This document shows positions 1-10,501 of a stretch of 64,000 nucleotides of DNA, piece after piece. The stretch's first letter is position 1, and each line of letters begins with the position of its first letter. This DNA is from Planctomycetales bacterium. GTDB taxonomy: Bacteria > 4484-113 > JAFGCY01. The stretch spans positions 3,897,188 to 3,961,187 of the forward strand of contig CP060262.1 in assembly GCA_022646745.1 (NCBI GenBank). Reading direction: 5' to 3'. Made by a program: the position numbers and the translations under genes. The notes under the pieces are model-generated. The model did not search any database and was not told the DNA's origin. It saw only the letters and a list, made by a program, of their open reading frames with translations.

Positions 1-17
1 TACTATGGTTGTTGGAT

Positions 18-365
18 TCATTGTGCCAATGCACTTAACCCCAAACCACCAACCATAGCAACCAAGAAATAGGCCAAGAATGGAAGCACAATGAACACCC
101 ATACAATGCAACCAAGTGATTGAGCAATTGAACTAAGTTTCTTGTGCGTCGTTTCTGTCAACTCTAGAACGTCATTGTGATAATTGCAAAGGTCTTGTCT
201 AAGAGCTCTATTTTCATTGACCAGCAATGTGAGTCTCTTACATACTCTGTCATTTTCCTTTTCTAATGCTTCAAGAAAGTCCTCTTGGCTTCTACCTGCA
301 GTATCCATAACTTCACCTTCTGGAATTGTTGGGCTCATTGTAACCATAGTGACCCTTTGAATCAA
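18..365 (-). CDS. hypothetical small tail-anchored protein (coiled-coil-like N-region, C-terminal TM helix)
   Basis: 115-aa ORF from track; C-terminal hydrophobic stretch IVWVFIVLPFLAYFLVAMVGGLGL; lies in a ~600-bp segment visibly more AT-rich than the rest of the window; no family recognised. Confidence 0.3.
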   Translation of the reverse strand: MIQRVTMVTMSPTIPEGEVMDTAGRSQEDFLEALEKENDRVCKRLTLLVNENRALRQDLCNYHNDVLELTETTHKKLSSIAQSLGCIVWVFIVLPFLAYFLVAMVGGLGLSALAQ

Positions 366-693
366 GGATTAGTCAGTCAGTAACTTGTTTCACGAGTCTC
401 AACTCAAGCGCTATGGCAACAGCATGGAAGGGAAGTTCAAGGTCATCAGACAAACCACGAGCTGGCGACTTCAAGTCGAAGGAATGGTTCAGCAAGAATT
501 CTGATGATTCCGCGGCAAATCAAAAAGGCTCCACGATTTCTCATGGAGCCCTACCAAGTTAGGGGGGATGGTAAGCGCTGTGTCATGGGCGCACACAACG
601 CAATTAAGTCATACCCGATCAGGGCAGGCTCTACAAGTGGCAATGCCCGATTTCTGCGGAATTCAGCCCAATTCAGATGTTTTGGGGCTGTTG

Positions 694-1113
694 TCAGTCG
701 CGCTGCGAGGCATTGTGCTCGCGCAGCACTCGCCTGACAATGCTGCGCAGACGGCGGGCGCGGTTGCCAGACAGGGGCTGCGTGTCAAGACTCGCAAGTA
801 CGGGGACAGCAGTCTCCCGCGCTGGCGGATCCGTTTCCAGGCCCAGCGACAGGCTGGCCTGTGCGTCGTCCCTGTGTGAGGCCAGTTCAGGTTGTCCGGC
901 ATGGCCAAGCCTGAGCGGCAGTTCGAGCCGGGCTGAACTGAGCAGCGCATGCTGGCCCAGCTCATCGCGGATCCGGCTGATGCCGGGCAGAGCATCAGCC
1001 AGCGGGATTGCCGGAGCGCGCAGGATATGCGGCAGGCTGCCGTCGCGGCCGTAGAGACCGAGCACCAGGTCGAGTTGTAATTCGCCGGGATCCTGCATTC
1101 TGACTGTCCGCAC
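694..1113 (-). CDS. hypothetical protein (weak call)
   Basis: 139-aa ORF in high-GC region between the low-GC segment and the promoter region of the PKD protein; no recognisable motifs; could be a shadow ORF. Confidence 0.2.
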   Translation of the reverse strand: MRTVRMQDPGELQLDLVLGLYGRDGSLPHILRAPAIPLADALPGISRIRDELGQHALLSSARLELPLRLGHAGQPELASHRDDAQASLSLGLETDPPARETAVPVLASLDTQPLSGNRARRLRSIVRRVLREHNASQRD

Positions 1114-1249
1114 AGTTAATCCGATCTTAACCGCTGCAACTGGACTTGTGGTATCAAACTGACGAATTGCCCGACAAATGTGTTCCCCACAGCAAGGTAA
1201 ACACTGGAAACACCTGGCTGGCCCGGAATACGGTTGCTGTGTTTGCTTT

Positions 1250-1279
1250 TTGGCACCTTTTATTTACCTGAAGTAAAAT
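1250..1279 (+). promoter_or_regulatory. candidate sigma70-like promoter (TTGGCA-N18-TAAAAT) upstream of the PKD surface protein gene
   Basis: TTGGCA at 1250-1255 and TAAAAT at 1274-1279, 18-nt spacer, about 80 nt upstream of ATG 1361; pattern match only. Confidence 0.25.
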
Positions 1280-1360
1280 CTCTTGTCCGGCGGATGCGCC
1301 GTTTCACGCACCGGCCGGGGGAGAGAGTTATCAATTCGCCCGCACAACCGGGAGGTTGCC

Positions 1361-4300
1361 ATGAGAACCGTTATTGTCGGTGCCATTGCACTTGTTATGC
1401 TCTGCCTGGGACTGGCGTCCTGCGGTGGAGGCGGAGGACAGAAGGGACAGTTTGAATTCACCGGGAACCCTGAGCGATTCAGCCTGAACGTGCTTGATGA
1501 CAGCGCACTGGGCGGGGAACTGCACGGTGAGTTCGAACTGAAGCGCCACGACGAGGGGGATACCGTGGTGCTTGAGCTGCAGGGTCGCTCAGTGGAGGAC
1601 CTGCGCGCGCTGTACTGCGAAGTCGAATTCAACCCGAACCTGTTCACCCCCGCCAGTGCGGAACGCAGCACGCTCTTGGGACAGGCCGGCGTACTGGAAC
1701 TGGCGGTGCTGGATGTACCGGGCACCGTCACACATGGCCAGCTGCTGATCCACCCGGATGAGCACAGCGGATTCAGTGGCGACGGCGTACTGGCAACGAT
1801 GCGCTTCACGCGCCGGCCGATGGAGGAGTTCCGCACGGTATCCACACCACCCTCTGACCCGGCCAGCCAGAGCATGCCGCAGTTCGACAGCGTCAGCGGA
1901 GAGCTGAGCTGGCTGTACCGCAGCACCGGCGACTACGACCAAAACGGCCTGATCACGATCTCCGACCTGACACCGATGGGTGTCAACTTCGGCGAGTCTG
2001 ACCCTGATGGATTCGCTGACACCAGCGTGCTGAGCGTGGTGGACGGCGACGGCAACAATGTGATCAACATTTCCGACATCACCCCGATCGGCATCGGCTT
2101 CGGCCGCAGCACCAGTGGCGGCTACAACATCTACCGCAGCGGATCAGCCGATGAATATCCGGCCACTCCCCTGGGAGAGAATGGCAATGGCGCACAGCTG
2201 CTGGGCAACCTGCCGTTCAGTACGGCGGTCGGCAACCCGACGGTGGACCGGCTGGCCTTCAGCTTCGAAGTCAGCGACCCGCAGACCCCCGGCTTCTACT
2301 GGATCCGGCCGCAGGACGGGGCCGGCAACGAGGGTTATGCGTCCACGATGGTCAGCCCGCCGGACGGCAGCCTGCCGGTGCTGAGCGTCCCGCTGCCGCC
2401 GGCCGAGGGCAGTGGCAGCCTGGCGGACCCCTACGTCGTCAAGGCGGATGACAGCGTGCAGTTCATGCTGGTGGACGCGGACTCCAATGACGTGACAACG
2501 GATATGCTCAGCAGCTTCACGGCAACGCCGGCTGAAGCGGCCGGCTTCGGCACGAATGACGGCCTGTTGACGGTCAAGCAGGGCTACGTCGGCGCGTTCA
2601 GCGTCAGTGCAAGCTTCGACGGGCTGTCCGCCGCTCAGGTGATTCGCTTCAGTGTCGGCCCACCGGACGGCAGCCCGGTGGCGATCCTGAATGCCAATAA
2701 GCAGTATGGCTCGATCCCGCTGAGCGTGAGCTTCGATGCCGGCGACTCGCTCTCCCCCGGTGGCGAGGGATTCATCGTGGACTACGCCTTTGACTGGGAG
2801 GATGACGGGGTCTATGACGACTTCGGCACCACCACCGTCAAAAGCCACAGCTACGCCGAGACCGGGCAGTACACGGCACGGCTGCGGGTGACTGACAACA
2901 AGGATCGAACGGCTGAAGCAACACTGAACATCCTGGCATACCTGCCAAACGGCCCGAATGCGCAGCTGGTCGCCACGCCGTTCAACGGGCAGGAACCCCT
3001 CCCGGTGGACCTCGACGCCTCAGGCAGCACGCCGAAGCCCGATACGGAGATCGTGGAGTTCCAGTTCGACTTCGACAACGACTTCGCCTTTGACGACGGC
3101 ACCAACAGCACGGGACTGCTGTCCACCGTGTTCGAGACCGCGGGGGTGATCCCGGCGCGCGTCAAGGTGATCGATGACAACGGGCTGTTCACGGTGGCCG
3201 AGCGCAAGGTCACCGTCAGTGCGAATGCGCCGCCGACTGCACTGCTGGCACTCGACCCTGAGGCACCGTACTACCTGCCGGCCACGATTGACATCGATGC
3301 ATCTGGCAGCTCCGATATTGACGGCAACATCATCGGCTACAGCTTCGACTTCGACGGTGATGGTGAATTTGACTACGAAGGACTGGATGCGAACCACCAG
3401 TACACCTACGACGTGGCCGGTGACTACACGATCACCCTCAAGGTGACTGACAACGGCCAGAAGACCGGCATGCAGAGCATCCCGATCTCAGTGTTCGAGG
3501 ATGACCGGCCGGTGGCTGAGCTGGTGGCGGACGTGACGAGCGGGCTCAACCCGCTGACGGTCAACTTCGATGCGACGGGCAGCACTGACCCGGAGAATAT
3601 GATCGTGGCCTACGAGTGGGACTTCAACGGCGACGGCGACTTCTCCGACCTGAGCGAAACGACAGGCGTGGCGCAGTTCGACTACATCAGCGCCGGCAAC
3701 TTCGAGGCCGGCGTACGGGTGCGGGATGCGGATGACAACACATCGATCGCCACGGTCACGATCGCGGTCACCGAGAACAAGGCACCGAATGCGGACGTGC
3801 GGGCGGACAAGCTCAGCGGCTTCACCCCGGTCACGGTCGAGTTCGACGGCAGCAACAGCACGGACCTGGATGGCACGATTGAGCTGTACGAATGGGACGT
3901 GGACGGCGATGACGACTTCGATGACGGCTATGGCAACGTGGATACGATCAGCATCTTCTACGACAACACCGGCGGAGCCTTCACGATCAAGCTGCGCGTG
4001 ACGGATGACAAATTCAAGAGCAGCACGGACAGCGTGACCGTGAACATCACGAACAACCTCCCGCCGGTGGCTGACATCCAGGCTGATGTGACGAGCGGCT
4101 TCAGGCCCCTGCATGTGAACTTCGACGCCACGGCTTCGATTGACCCGGACGGCACGATCGCCAACTACCGCTGGGACTTCGATTACGACGGTGTGAGCCC
4201 GAGCTTTGAGCTGGAAGGCGCTGAGGACCAGCCGCAGTGGATTTTCAATGATGCAGGCGGTAGCCCGTTTACAGTGCTGCTGGAAGTGATTGACAATGGC

Positions 4301-5950
4301 GGCAAGAGCAGCCAGGCAACGATCGAGATCACAGTGATGGACAATGATGACCCGGAAGCAAGCCTGACTGCTAATGGCATGGTATTCGACCTTAACACTC
4401 CTACGCCAATCGAATTCGACGCATCAGGCAGTATGGACGTCAACGGTGATGTCATCACGGCGGACTGGGACTTTGACGGCGATGGGACCTTTGAGATTGA
4501 AGATGCTGACAAGGAAGTTCCACAGCAGTATTCCGGATGGAGCCTACCCGGCATGTACCTGGCGACGGTGATCATCACTGATGAGCATGGCGCGAGCGAC
4601 TCCGCCATCTGGCCTGTGACGGTCACCGGCGGACAGCCGCCCCCGACCGTGACGATGAGCTCCCCCTGCGTGCAGGGTGAAGCCCCGCTGGCGGTGTACT
4701 TCGATGCCGACGGTTCCGATTCCAACGGCGTGATTGAGAAGTACGAGTTTGACTACGACGGCCCGGTCGGCGGCTGGAACTGGCAGGAGAGCGGCAAGGC
4801 GGACAAGGCCAGTGCGCTGTACACGAATACAGGCACCTACTTCGCCTGGGTGCGCGTGACCGATGACGACGGCGCCTACGGGCTGGCCAGCCTTGAGATC
4901 ACGGTGGATGACCAGTACGACCTGGTGATCGTGGACCCGACGGTGAACAGCTCAGACTGGATGGATGCGGCAATCGTGGATGGCCGGCCGGCGATCGCCT
5001 ATGCCAGCAGCACGAGCCAGCTGCGCTTCGTGATCGCCAATGATGCGCAGGGCACCAGCTGGCAGGATCCGCAGGTGCTGAACACTGACAACGCCTCGCA
5101 CATCAACATCGTCGAACTGGGCAACGGCCGCGCCGGGATCATGTACTACACCTCACTGGCCGGGATGAAGTTCCTGCGTGCGACGGACAGCACCAACAGT
5201 GCCTGGACAAGCCCGGTGGTGGTCGAGGCATCCGCTGACAACAAGGACATGCGGATGATCATGCTGGAGGATGACCACCCGGCGGTGGCCTACTTCGTCG
5301 GCACCAACCTGAAGTACAAGCGCTGCCTGGATGTGGATGGCGACCTGCCGGCCAGCTGGCCGGCCGCCGCGGTGACGATTGACACCACTGCCAGCCAGCC
5401 GATGGAGATGGAGCTGGTTTTCCTGCACCCGGCGATCGCCTACCGTGACGGCTATGCCCGCAGCGCGGACCAGGTCGGCACAAGCTGGCCGGACCTGTAC
5501 AGCACCGGCATCACCGGCGGCAGCTACTACAGCCTGCTGGACGTCGGCAACCAGCCGCGCATCCTACATGACCAGGGCGGCTATTCGCTGGTGGGCTCGA
5601 ATGACAGCGGGGCGACCTGGCCGGTGGACGTCGAGATTGACGGCGGCACCAGCGGCGGGCGTTTCAACACTGGCCTGCACAGCGGTACGCAGTACATCAC
5701 GGCAGCCAGCCGCACGATCAGCGCCAGCAACTTCACGGTGCCGATCTCGCGCCAGTTCTACCTGTTCGATTCGCTGGATGCCGCCGGGAACACATGGAAC
5801 ACGGCATACGCGCTGGACAGCCTGCTGGAGCAGGGGCTGGGGGCCGAGATGCTGGATATCGGCGGCGGCGAGATCGGTGTGGCCTACCGCGGCAGCCATA
5901 ACGGGAACAGCAAGATTCTCAAGTGGCAGGTCACGGCGCAGAACCCCTAG
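1361..5950 (+). CDS. giant surface lipoprotein: cohesin-like N-domain, dockerin-like Ca-binding repeats, ~10 PKD domains, C-terminal BNR/Asp-box beta-propeller
   Basis: ATG 1361 preceded by GGGAGG; lipoprotein signal MRTVIVGAIALVMLCLGLASC; dockerin-like DQNGLITISDLTP and DGDGNNVINISDITP; repeated PKD signature (FDASGS...DG.I..Y.WDFDGDG...Y); Asp-boxes (GTSWQD, NSAWTSP, GTSWPD, SGATWP). Track ORF 1283 is a TTG extension. Confidence 0.85.
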   Translation: MRTVIVGAIALVMLCLGLASCGGGGGQKGQFEFTGNPERFSLNVLDDSALGGELHGEFELKRHDEGDTVVLELQGRSVEDLRALYCEVEFNPNLFTPASAERSTLLGQAGVLELAVLDVPGTVTHGQLLIHPDEHSGFSGDGVLATMRFTRRPMEEFRTVSTPPSDPASQSMPQFDSVSGELSWLYRSTGDYDQNGLITISDLTPMGVNFGESDPDGFADTSVLSVVDGDGNNVINISDITPIGIGFGRSTSGGYNIYRSGSADEYPATPLGENGNGAQLLGNLPFSTAVGNPTVDRLAFSFEVSDPQTPGFYWIRPQDGAGNEGYASTMVSPPDGSLPVLSVPLPPAEGSGSLADPYVVKADDSVQFMLVDADSNDVTTDMLSSFTATPAEAAGFGTNDGLLTVKQGYVGAFSVSASFDGLSAAQVIRFSVGPPDGSPVAILNANKQYGSIPLSVSFDAGDSLSPGGEGFIVDYAFDWEDDGVYDDFGTTTVKSHSYAETGQYTARLRVTDNKDRTAEATLNILAYLPNGPNAQLVATPFNGQEPLPVDLDASGSTPKPDTEIVEFQFDFDNDFAFDDGTNSTGLLSTVFETAGVIPARVKVIDDNGLFTVAERKVTVSANAPPTALLALDPEAPYYLPATIDIDASGSSDIDGNIIGYSFDFDGDGEFDYEGLDANHQYTYDVAGDYTITLKVTDNGQKTGMQSIPISVFEDDRPVAELVADVTSGLNPLTVNFDATGSTDPENMIVAYEWDFNGDGDFSDLSETTGVAQFDYISAGNFEAGVRVRDADDNTSIATVTIAVTENKAPNADVRADKLSGFTPVTVEFDGSNSTDLDGTIELYEWDVDGDDDFDDGYGNVDTISIFYDNTGGAFTIKLRVTDDKFKSSTDSVTVNITNNLPPVADIQADVTSGFRPLHVNFDATASIDPDGTIANYRWDFDYDGVSPSFELEGAEDQPQWIFNDAGGSPFTVLLEVIDNGGKSSQATIEITVMDNDDPEASLTANGMVFDLNTPTPIEFDASGSMDVNGDVITADWDFDGDGTFEIEDADKEVPQQYSGWSLPGMYLATVIITDEHGASDSAIWPVTVTGGQPPPTVTMSSPCVQGEAPLAVYFDADGSDSNGVIEKYEFDYDGPVGGWNWQESGKADKASALYTNTGTYFAWVRVTDDDGAYGLASLEITVDDQYDLVIVDPTVNSSDWMDAAIVDGRPAIAYASSTSQLRFVIANDAQGTSWQDPQVLNTDNASHINIVELGNGRAGIMYYTSLAGMKFLRATDSTNSAWTSPVVVEASADNKDMRMIMLEDDHPAVAYFVGTNLKYKRCLDVDGDLPASWPAAAVTIDTTASQPMEMELVFLHPAIAYRDGYARSADQVGTSWPDLYSTGITGGSYYSLLDVGNQPRILHDQGGYSLVGSNDSGATWPVDVEIDGGTSGGRFNTGLHSGTQYITAASRTISASNFTVPISRQFYLFDSLDAAGNTWNTAYALDSLLEQGLGAEMLDIGGGEIGVAYRGSHNGNSKILKWQVTAQNP

Positions 5951-6203
5951 GCCGGTCGCAACGAAGGAATAACAGGCTCCCCGTGCTCCGGATAACCAGC
6001 CGGATGCGGGGAGCTTTTTCCTGTCCGGCTGAGACAGTCTGCGATTATGTGGGTATTATGTACTTCGCCACGCGGCACAGGGAGCGCGTGCTATGCGTCA
6101 ATACCGCCGTCCGGCGGCACACACGGCCTGTATGGGAGCAGGCCCGGCAGAGCGGGGACCGGCAATAGCCTGAGTCCACTGCGGATCAGGAGTCAGCAGC
6201 TAC

Positions 6204-8033
6204 ATGAAGCACTTCAAGTCCACTGAAGAAGCGGTGCGCTCCCAGAGCGTGCGCGAGCTGCTGCCCAAGATCATCCCGCTGTTCGCCGGCCAGAAGCGCC
6301 TGTTCTTCATCAGCGTCTCCCTGCTGGCCCTGACCACGACCACAGCGCTCGTCGGCCCGCTGGTGCTGCAGCACATCATTGACGTGGCGATCCCCAAGTC
6401 GGACACCAATGAGCTGTGGCTGGCGGCCGGGATCTACCTCGCGGTGATCGCGCTGGGCAGCGTCGTGAGCTACTACCAGGCGATCACCCTGTTCAGCATG
6501 GGAATCCGCATCATCACGGACCTGAAGGAACGGCTGTTCCGGCACGTGCTGTACCTCGGGCTGGGCTTCCACGGCGGCCATCCGCCGGGCAAGCTGATCA
6601 GCCGCGTTGAAAACGACACAGAGACACTAAAGGAACTGTTCGGCGATGTCAGCGTCAACCTGCTGCGCAACTTCGTGCTGTTCTTCGGGATCCTCACCGT
6701 GATGCTGCTGAAGGACCTGCGCATCGCCAGCTACGTGCTGATCATGATCCCGCTCCTGTTCGGCGCCACCTTCTGGTACCTGAACTTCATGAAGAAGTAC
6801 TGGCGCGAGACCCGCGCCCAGGTGGCGATCGTGATCGGCTACATCGCCGAGTACATGCAGGGCATGGATGTCATCCAGCAGTTCAACTACCAGAGGCGCG
6901 CCCGTGAGCGGATGGCGGATGTCAACATGGGCAAGTACCGGATTGACACCCTCAGCCAGTACATCGAGTACGGCTTCTGGGCCGGCTTCATCTTCGGCGA
7001 GATCATCGCGATCTGCGTGGTGCTGGTGGTCGCGATCCAGGGCGTGGTGGACGGCACGGTCAGCCTCGGCATCCTCGTGATGTTCATCGAGTTCATCCGC
7101 CAGATGTTCCAGCCGATCATGGAGCTTTCGGGCCAGCTCAATTTCGTGCAGCGCGGCCTGATCTCAGTCGAGCGCGTGTTTGGCATCCTCGAGACGGAGA
7201 TCTCGATCAAGGACGGCCCGCGCGACCCATCCGAACTGAAGTTCGAACGGGAGATCCGCTTTGAGAATGTCTGGTTCGCCTATGAGGACAATGCTGAGGG
7301 CGAGCCGGAGTGGATCCTGAAGGATGTGTCATTCACGGTCCAGAAGGGCCAGAAGATCGCATTCGTCGGCCCGTCCGGTGGTGGCAAGAGCACGACCATC
7401 AACCTGCTGCTGCGTTTCTATGACCCGCAGCAGGGACGCGTGACAGTGGACGGCATTGACATCCGCGAATTCCCGGTGAAGGCCTGGCGCGAGCTGCTCG
7501 GCCTGGTGCTGCAGGACATCTACCTGTTCCCCGGCAGCGTGAAGGACAACATCCGCGTATTTGACAACAGCATCAGCGATGAACAGGTGCAGAACGTGGC
7601 GCAGATCGCGCGGGCGGACGAGATCGTCGGCAAGCTGAAGGACGGCTATGACGGCGAGCTGGCGGAGCGCGGTGCCAACCTGTCGGTCGGCGAGCGCCAG
7701 CTGCTGAGCTTCGCCCGGGCGCTGGCCTATGATCCGCCGGTGCTTGTGCTGGATGAAGCCACAAGCAGCGTGGACCCGCACACTGAGCAGATGGTGCAGG
7801 AGGCGATCGACCGCCTGCTGGAGGGCCGCACCGCGATGATCGTGGCGCACCGCCTGAGCACGATCCTCAACAGTGACCGGATCCTCGTGATCAAGGGCGG
7901 GCAGCTGGTGGAAAGCGGCACGCATGAGGAGCTGTACCACACTGATGGTGTGTACACCCGGCTCGTCAAGCTGCAGTTCGGCGACAAGAGTGACCAGATC
8001 ACGGCCAACCTGGCGAAGGCGGCAGGGCGATGA
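6204..8033 (+). CDS. ABC transporter permease/ATP-binding protein (type I exporter half-transporter, subunit 1)
   Basis: N-terminal TMD then NBD with Walker A GPSGGGKST, signature LSVGERQLLSFARAL, Walker B VLVLDEATSSVD; AGGAG RBS upstream of ATG. Confidence 0.9.
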   Translation: MKHFKSTEEAVRSQSVRELLPKIIPLFAGQKRLFFISVSLLALTTTTALVGPLVLQHIIDVAIPKSDTNELWLAAGIYLAVIALGSVVSYYQAITLFSMGIRIITDLKERLFRHVLYLGLGFHGGHPPGKLISRVENDTETLKELFGDVSVNLLRNFVLFFGILTVMLLKDLRIASYVLIMIPLLFGATFWYLNFMKKYWRETRAQVAIVIGYIAEYMQGMDVIQQFNYQRRARERMADVNMGKYRIDTLSQYIEYGFWAGFIFGEIIAICVVLVVAIQGVVDGTVSLGILVMFIEFIRQMFQPIMELSGQLNFVQRGLISVERVFGILETEISIKDGPRDPSELKFEREIRFENVWFAYEDNAEGEPEWILKDVSFTVQKGQKIAFVGPSGGGKSTTINLLLRFYDPQQGRVTVDGIDIREFPVKAWRELLGLVLQDIYLFPGSVKDNIRVFDNSISDEQVQNVAQIARADEIVGKLKDGYDGELAERGANLSVGERQLLSFARALAYDPPVLVLDEATSSVDPHTEQMVQEAIDRLLEGRTAMIVAHRLSTILNSDRILVIKGGQLVESGTHEELYHTDGVYTRLVKLQFGDKSDQITANLAKAAGR

Positions 8034-9811
8034 AGCATATCCGCTGGATCTGGCGCTTCTGGCAGCCGCACCGCCCCTGGCTGTACGTGCTGGGTTTCCT
8101 CACACTGCTGAGCAGCGCGGCGACGATCGGCTTCCCGCTGGTGCTCAAGTTCGTGATTGACAACCTCGACGAGAACCTGAAGGACAACCCGAGCCTAGAC
8201 GCCACCGAGCTGACCTACAAGCTGGTGATGATGATCGTGATCGTCGGGCTGGTGCGCAGTGCCTCATGGATCTACCCCGGTGTGCGCGCGCAGGTGAACA
8301 ACCTGCTGGAGAAGGACGTACGCGAGTACTACTTCGGCCAGATCGTGCAGAAGGGCTACCGTTTCTTCCAGAAGTTCCGCACCGGCGACCTGGTGACCCG
8401 GCTCAGTGACGACATCTTCGGTTTCCCGAAGATCGCCTGGTTCTGCTGCTCGGGCATCTTCCGCGCGGTGGAAAGCAGCAGCAAGTTCGTGTTCTGCATG
8501 GCATTCATGTTCTACATGAACTGGCAGCTGGCGCTGTTGGCAATCATCCCGCTGCCGGTGATGCTGATGATCTTCTACCGCATCCGCATGGCGCTGACCA
8601 AGGCCAGTGCGGACCGCCAGCAGATCTTCAGCCGTACGAATGACGAACTGGAAGCCAGCTTCAGCGGGATCCGGATCCTGAAGGCCTTCTGCGGGGAGAT
8701 GCACCAGGTGCGCAACCTGCGCGGCATCCTGGACGAGCGCATCGCCGTCGAGCTGCGCCTGCAGCGATTGTGGATGGGCGTGCGCATGCTCTACCAGGGT
8801 GTGCAGTTCACCGGGCAGATCATCGTGATCGTGGCCGGCGGCTACATGGTGCTCAACGACCAGCTGAAGATCGGTGAGTTCTACGCGTTCTACGTCTACC
8901 TCTCGATCCTGCTGGCACCGCTGATGGACATCCCCAACCTGTTCGTCACCAGCCGCCAGGCCTTCGCCTGCATCGACCGCGAGATCGAGATCGAGGAGAC
9001 GCGTGGCGGCACCGAGGACATCTACACTGGCAGGGACACCGTCGGCCGCATCGAGCGCCTCGCGCTGGAGCGGGCCTCGTTCTGCTTCGACCCCGGCCTG
9101 CCGAATGCGGTTGACAATGTGGACCTCGAACTGGGTAGCGGGCGCAAGATCGCGATCGTCGGCCGCGTCGGCAGCGGCAAGAGCACGCTGCTCAAGGTGG
9201 TGGCCGGGCTGCTGCCGCCGCAGGAAGGGGCGCTGCTTGTCAACGGCAGGCCGCTGACGGAATACGCTCTGGATGACTACCGCCGCCATGTAGGCTACAT
9301 CCCGCAGGAGGCCACGCTGTTCAGCGAAAGTGTCAGTGACAACGTCAGCTTCGGCCGCGAGACTGATGCGGAGATCGTGATCCGCTCACTGGAGATGGCC
9401 CGCGTGCGCACTGAGCTTGAGGCCCTGCCGAAGGGACTGGAGACCGTGCTCGGGCAGAAGGGCCTGACGATCTCCGGCGGGCAGAAGCAGCGCCTGGCGA
9501 TTGCGCGTGCACTGGCCGGGCAGCCGGATGTGCTGCTGATGGACGACTGCACCGCCAGCCTGGATGCGGAGAATGAAAAGGCCTTCTGGGAGCTGCTGCG
9601 TGAGCATTACCCGCAGACCGCCTGCCTGATCGTGACGCACCGCCTGGCAACGGCCCAGGTGGCGGACCTGATCCACGTGATGGAGGACGGGCGGATCGTC
9701 GGCAGCGGTTCGCACATGCAGCTGCTGGCGGAGTGTGAGGCCTACCGCAATTTCCTCAGCCGGGAGGAGATGAAGGCGGACCTGGAGCTGGCGGGTAATG
9801 AAGCAGGCTGA
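8030..9811 (+). CDS. ABC transporter permease/ATP-binding protein (type I exporter half-transporter, subunit 2)
   Basis: Walker A GRVGSGKST, signature ISGGQKQRLAIARAL, Walker B LLMDDCTASLD; start overlaps previous stop (ATGA), consistent with a heterodimeric exporter. Confidence 0.9.
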   Translation: MKHIRWIWRFWQPHRPWLYVLGFLTLLSSAATIGFPLVLKFVIDNLDENLKDNPSLDATELTYKLVMMIVIVGLVRSASWIYPGVRAQVNNLLEKDVREYYFGQIVQKGYRFFQKFRTGDLVTRLSDDIFGFPKIAWFCCSGIFRAVESSSKFVFCMAFMFYMNWQLALLAIIPLPVMLMIFYRIRMALTKASADRQQIFSRTNDELEASFSGIRILKAFCGEMHQVRNLRGILDERIAVELRLQRLWMGVRMLYQGVQFTGQIIVIVAGGYMVLNDQLKIGEFYAFYVYLSILLAPLMDIPNLFVTSRQAFACIDREIEIEETRGGTEDIYTGRDTVGRIERLALERASFCFDPGLPNAVDNVDLELGSGRKIAIVGRVGSGKSTLLKVVAGLLPPQEGALLVNGRPLTEYALDDYRRHVGYIPQEATLFSESVSDNVSFGRETDAEIVIRSLEMARVRTELEALPKGLETVLGQKGLTISGGQKQRLAIARALAGQPDVLLMDDCTASLDAENEKAFWELLREHYPQTACLIVTHRLATAQVADLIHVMEDGRIVGSGSHMQLLAECEAYRNFLSREEMKADLELAGNEAG

Positions 9812-10478
9812 CACCCGCCTGCGCCTGCAGGCCGTGATCTTTGACATGGACGGCCTGTTGATTGACAGCGAACCCTTCTGGCGCGATGCCGAGGTGGCGG
9901 TGCTCAACCCGCTCGGCGTGCCGATCAGCCATGATGACTGCGCCCAGTTCGCCGGCCTTCGCATCCGCGAGGTTGTCGCGAACTGGCGCGAGCTATACCC
10001 CTGGGACGGTGAGTCCACGGAGAGTGTGGCGGACAGGATCCAGCAGCAGCTCTGCGATAGCATCCGCGAGCGCGGGCAGCTGCTGCCCGGTGCACAGGAA
10101 CTGGTCAGGGAGCTGCACGGGCGCGGCTACCCACTGGCGATTGCCACCAGCAGCGCACCGGACGTCGTCGACGCCGTGATGGCGGTCAGCGGACTGCGGG
10201 ACTGCTTCAGGGTGATTGCCAGCGCATCGGACGAGCAGTATGGCAAGCCCCACCCTGCCGTATATCTCAGTGCAGCCGGCCGGCTCGGCGTCGAGCCGCA
10301 GCACTGCCTGGTGTTCGAGGATGCCCTGCTGGGGATCATCTCCGCCAAGGCGGCGCGGATGACCGTTGTCGCCGTGCCTGAGGAGCTGAACCATGGCGAT
10401 GTTCGCTTCCAGCTGGCTGACCGGGTGATTGAAAGTCTCAGGGATTTCTGGGAAGATGCAGGGGAGCTGCTGGGCTGA
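9798..10478 (+). CDS. HAD-superfamily hydrolase (beta-phosphoglucomutase/sugar-phosphatase-like)
   Basis: HAD motif I VIFDMDGLLIDSEP with catalytic DxD; overlaps end of ABC gene (same operon). Confidence 0.85.
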   Translation: MKQADTRLRLQAVIFDMDGLLIDSEPFWRDAEVAVLNPLGVPISHDDCAQFAGLRIREVVANWRELYPWDGESTESVADRIQQQLCDSIRERGQLLPGAQELVRELHGRGYPLAIATSSAPDVVDAVMAVSGLRDCFRVIASASDEQYGKPHPAVYLSAAGRLGVEPQHCLVFEDALLGIISAKAARMTVVAVPEELNHGDVRFQLADRVIESLRDFWEDAGELLG

Positions 10479-10501
10479 ACCTCCGGCAGTGGAGGACCAG
10501 C

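Noticed and set aside
366-693. Possible tRNA or small RNA in the spacer after the low-GC ORF
   Set aside because: No T-loop (GTTCRANYC-like) or cloverleaf-compatible arrangement found by eye; only a short inverted repeat (CGACTTCAAGTCG).
504-1054. Several overlapping 77-125-aa ORFs on both strands in the 500-1100 region
   Set aside because: Mutually overlapping, no RBS, low-complexity Arg/Ala/Ser-rich translations; only 694-1113 kept as a weak call.
1283-1360. N-terminal extensions in the ORF track (for example 1283, 24987, 53788, 61276, 37138, 38472)
   Set aside because: These begin at TTG/GTG far upstream; in each case an internal ATG or GTG with a Shine-Dalgarno-like sequence starts directly at a signal peptide or conserved N-terminus, so the shorter gene models were used.
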